From contig JBFLGF010000144.1 of NCBI GenBank assembly GCA_050230475.1, positions 1 to 59,310 on the forward strand: a stretch of 59,310 nucleotides of DNA, written 5' to 3'. The notes beneath the pieces are model-generated. The model was not told where the DNA came from and made no database searches. It saw nothing but the letters and a program-made list of their open reading frames with translations. The DNA comes from Ancylonema sp. Its lineage: Eukaryota. Position numbers and translations under genes: made by a program. Every line of letters begins with the position of its first letter. Positions within the stretch are counted from its first letter, which is position 1. This document shows, in pieces, positions 55,228 through 59,310 of this stretch.

Positions 55228-57842
55228 TTCTTCTCTGCCGCTCTGTTGTTTTCCACTGGCGACAGACAGTGCCAGCAGCTCATCCTGGGAAATAATCAAA
55301 CCGTCCTCTGTTTTTTTCTCCTGACTTGCCCCCCCCCCAGGTGTACCCGATGTACAAGGCCTTCATCGAGCCCGACCTCCAAACCGCCCACCTGAAGATT
55401 GTGAACAAGTTCAACCCATTCTCCGGTTTCCAGAACGCCACCTACATCCTAAAGTCCCCCCTGGACATCTCCGAGACACAAATCCGAGCAGCCCTTGGAC
55501 CCGGCACCACGGAGAGCGAGGAGGAGACGTACGACATCTACCTCCTCCCCCCAGGAGAAGACAAGGAGACGTGCCAATCGTACCTGCGCATGAGGAACCG
55601 GGACGGGAAATACAGCCTCATGTTCGAGGTCAGAAGGAAAAAAAAAAAAAAAAAAAAAATCCAAAAACCCACCATTCGCCTGCCATCTGCCACCCTTCCC
55701 CTCCCCCATTCCCATCCCAACCCCCTCCCAACTATCCCCTCCCCCCCGCCTCCCCCCCCCAAACCGTCTCTTTGTGTGTGTTTAGGAGTGGGTGACCGAC
55801 GGCCCCTTCATAATCTCCCCCCGCATCACGTTCGAGGTTTCCGTCCGCCTGCTCGGCGGGCTCATGGCGCTCGGCTACGAGATGGCGCACATTCTGAAGC
55901 GCGTGTCCAAGGTGTACGAGGGTGGGGAGGCGGGCCCCACTGCGGGTTGCACCGTGAAGAAGGACGCTCTTGAGCAGCTTCAGCGCAGCTACTGTCAGGT
56001 GCAGGGGAAGGAGAGGGGGATGATTCAGAAGGTGGCAGAGCTGCTGGGGATGGAGGGGCACTACATGCCGAGGTCGTACATTGAACAGATCCAGCTGGAG
56101 AAACTGACCAAGGAAATTAGGGTGAGAAGAGGGGGGGGGAGGGTGGGGGGGATAGGTTTTTTTTTTTTTTTTTTTTTGTATTTTGTTATTCTTCATCTTC
56201 TTCTCCTTCAAAAAGCATTTTGGGCTCATTCTTCTGTTTTTTTTTTGGGATTTTTTGCATCTTGGGTCTCTCTCTGTCCCTAAGATACCCAGATCATTAT
56301 AAAGTCTATAGACATTCATATTTATTTCCATATCCTCAAGCACCCGCCCCTCCCCCCCTGCCCTCCAGGCTGTCCCTGAGGAGATCCGTGAGAAGTTGGG
56401 CGTGTCCAGAATCGAAGACATGGCAGCAAGCCCGCGATTTGGTTCCTCATGGAACGATCACTCAAACAAGCTGCCCTCGTGAGTACCCCCCCCAATCCCC
56501 CTCCCCCCCCTCCCCCCTCCCCCTCCCCCCTCTCCCCCCCCCCTTCTGCCTCCCCTGGTTGTCTAGTACGGTATTCATGGTGAGGGAGGGGGGAGGTGTT
56601 ATCTGTTCAGGGTTTATCGCACCCAGAGCTGGCAGGGGGGTGGAAGAGGGAAAGTTTTCAAGGTGCCTTCCAGGTACCACCTCCCCCTCAACCCTGGAGC
56701 AGCCCCTGGGAGGCAGGGGGGGGGGTGGTTGGGGGTTGGGTCTCCTGACTCTTCTGCCACGCGGTTGGGGGGTTGCAGTGCTCCTGCTGCCAATGGGGGG
56801 GGGGTGGGGGGACGGCAGAGGGGGGAGGGGGGTGGGCTGCTACCCTCGCCGAAAGAAGACTCTCTGTCTTTCATTCCAAACTACCAGCACCCACGCGGAC
56901 AGCAGGTGGAAAAAACAAAACCTGACCCCGAAGCTGAAATCGAACCCGAACCAGAACCAGAAGTCGAACCCGAACCCGAAACAGAACCCGAACCCGGACC
57001 TGGATTCGAACCTGAGACCTGAAACCTAGAATTTGGTGTTTCTGTGTCTCCAGCTCCAGTTCCCCAACCCCCGATCCGAGGATCAGGTGGAGTGCATCCA
57101 CGAGATTTTGGACAATCTCACGACACGCCTACAGGACCTGCAGTCCCTCCTGCCACCTGTCACCTCCTCGCTGCTTGCCCCCCCCTCGATGAATGGCGGA
57201 GGGTCGTCGCACGTTTGCACATGCGGGGGGGGGGCGAGGTCCTCCCCTTCGTTGGTGCCAGGGTGGGGGGAGGGGGGGGAGGGGGAGGGGATGATGAGCG
57301 ACGGGGGGGGGGGGGGGAAGAGGAGGTCGGTGTCGGCGGGGGAGGAGTTGGAGCGGTTGGGAGAGTCGCAGAGACAGCTGCTCATCAAAGTACGATACTC
57401 CTCCGTTTTTCCATTCGCATTCTGCCGTTTTTGCTATTTTGCCATTTGTGCCGTTTTGCCAGTTAGCCAAATGGCCCTGCTGTTTACGAACCTGCGTCTG
57501 AAATTTGGGTGTCAGGCTGTCTGTGTTGTGTAAATCTCTATGGATAGTGTAAATGGATGGAAGGACTCGTAACCTTTGCGGATAAATTGGAGGTATATAT
57601 GTATGCTCATACCTCCCCCTTTTTTCGTCCTGTCGATTTGGGTGCAGATGGACTTATTACATAGCGCAGTGAAGCTGGGGCAAGAAAATCGTTCGAACGC
57701 AAGGGGAGCATACGCCTCCTCTCACTATGCATCCTCCTCGGGGATAGAGTTGGGAACGAGCTGGAAATGGGCGTTGGGCGTTACCGCCGTTTGTCTGGCG
57801 GCGGTTACGGTTACGGTTTCGTTTCAGCGACGGTCGACATGA
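53658..57842 (+). CDS. TTM1: Triphosphate tunnel metalloenzyme TTM1/TTM2-like (uridine-kinase-like P-loop + CYTH domain + C-terminal tail anchor). Exons 53658-53861, 54304-54460, 54634-54749, 54971-55167, 55341-55628, 55786-56121, then from 56369, ~57054-57389 and 57648-57842 (3' boundaries less certain)
   Basis: LSFDKGFF, GLAGPSGAGKT, SMDNYND, DPRLTDYDTLL, GGVHFDLVKRVLRDI, YLRMRNRDGKYSLMFE, ISPRITFEVSVRLLGGLMALGY, SYIEQIQLEKL; C-terminal WKWALGVTAVCLAAVTVTVSF. Confidence 0.93.
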
Positions 57843-59088
57843 GCCGTGGTGGCCGGTTGGAAAATATGTTGGTCTGGAAAATATGAAGGATTGGAAAATA
57901 TGTGGGTTTTGAAAATGTTGGTTCGGGAAATATTTTGTGGATAAGGGGGGGATGGATAGATGTTGGTTTGATACTTTAGAAGAGGGAGACGAGGAATGAG
58001 AGGGTTGAGGGGGTTGAGGTGGTAGGCGTTTGTAGAGAATGGGGGTGAGTGGGAGTAGGGGGGGGGGTGGGGTTGGGTTGGTGCAAGCCAATCTTTTTTA
58101 TTATTGTATGTTATTGACGTAGGTGTTTGATGCACGGTACAAAGTTGTGGATAGGTGGGAGATTTGGTGGGTTGACTTGAGGACAGTGTGTTGGGTGTTG
58201 GTGGTGCGAGTGTGGTCTAGAGGAGATGTGTCTCTACATCTTCGATGTGTTTGTAGATGAGTGGGGCAAAAGGATCCACAACAATTTGTACATCAATCTG
58301 TGAAGAGAGTTGTGAAGGACACGACGGGTTGTGCCAATTGTAGATAGCGGGAGCCAATCAATGAGAAATTTTAACTTTGTGTGATGAGTTTGTGAGTGAG
58401 GTGTGTGCCCGTCACATTTAAAAACAAGTAAGGGATTTCCAAAGGTGGTGGCATGGCCTGATCTTGAGACGATATGTAACCTGGTGTATCAACTGATCCA
58501 CAGTTTCACGAATTCCACTTCTAAGTCTGGGCATTAAATCGGTCAAACCAACCTGAGTATGAACAAAAACTTTCACGTTTGGGACTACTGTTTTTGCCTC
58601 CCCTCTTCTTTTAAGATTTGTTTTGTTTGGGGATAACTAATGGAGTAATGGAAGGATGAAAGCGCACAATGAAGGGACATGGATTTGAAAGGAGAAGCCA
58701 ATAGAACATTGCCATAATGTAGCCCTCCCCCCCCCCCCTCGTGTTAGTTTTTAGAGGCTGTGAACTTTTGTCGTTACATCGATTTTAGTATTTTCGGGAA
58801 TTTAGCTTTAGTTTTGTCGTTATTCAGCAAATGCAGGCCGACGTCCCTCTTACAATGATTTCGTCGACATGTTTGGCCATCTGGCACTAGTGTCGATAAG
58901 AAGAAGATGATGTGGCAGGATGCTTAGATACAATTGGGAGTTGACTAAGTAGTTTCGATATCAGTAGATCTTTGACCGAGCAGCACTCGACTATACTGGG
59001 TCTGAGCATAGGATATACAAAATTCTGCAATCAATACTTTCTAGTATAAAGTTTATACTTCAAGCTTACAGTGTCGACGCTTGTAATG

Positions 59089-59310
59089 ACGTGATCCTTT
59101 TGATTCAAAATATTAAGAGAAGTGAAATATATTCTTGCATCGATGGCAGAAGAAAGTTTTCACACCCCGTATCTTCGTCATAACTTGAGAAATCAAGGAC
59201 GAGGTCATAGTGCTGGCACTTCAGACTCTTTATGTTAGAACCTTCTTCTGCCATCGATGCAAGAATAAAGTTCACTTCTTCTTAATCTCTTTGAATCAAG
59301 CAGATCACGT
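59089..59310. repeat. Inverted repeat (arms ~59089-59164 and ~59233-59310); MITE or hairpin, may extend past the window end
   Basis: Core TATTCTTGCATCGATGGCAGAAGAA and its exact reverse complement; the outer arms pair with some mismatches up to ACGTGATC/GATCACGT. Confidence 0.8.

Noticed and set aside
59130..59155. TTGCATCGATG resembles a 5.8S rRNA motif
   Set aside because: The match is only about 11 nt, the flanks differ, and it is part of an inverted repeat.

Overview
Eukaryotic nuclear DNA from an intron-rich green-plant genome. The gene set (PRDA1, TTM1/2, OSB-type SSB, plastid UVR-ApaG protein) suggests a streptophyte, probably an alga; this is inference. I reconstructed eight spliced genes by hand: an organellar ssDNA-binding protein (-, partial), a membrane thioredoxin-fold protein lacking CxxC (+), a signal-peptide-bearing APX-related heme peroxidase with one in-frame TGA (+), a ~3,200-aa coiled-coil protein (-), PRDA1 (+), a UVR+ApaG protein (-), a FAD monooxygenase (+) and TTM1/2 (+). 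There is also an orphan regucalcin exon and an unknown, possibly decayed, coiled-coil gene. Mobile DNA comprises three copies of one hAT-type MITE with 8-bp TSDs, a long-TIR MITE, two foldback hairpins, and a ~5.15-kb Mutator-like element. That element has no DDE core but carries two convergent, diverged OTU-protease cassettes. The most notable items are this Mutator-like element, the Cys-free secreted peroxidase with its UGA, the giant coiled coil built by exact heptad-multiple duplications, and introns made of local tandem repeats whose acceptors often lack a polypyrimidine tract. Some frame breaks may be assembly indels. No database searches were run; family calls rest on recalled motifs.
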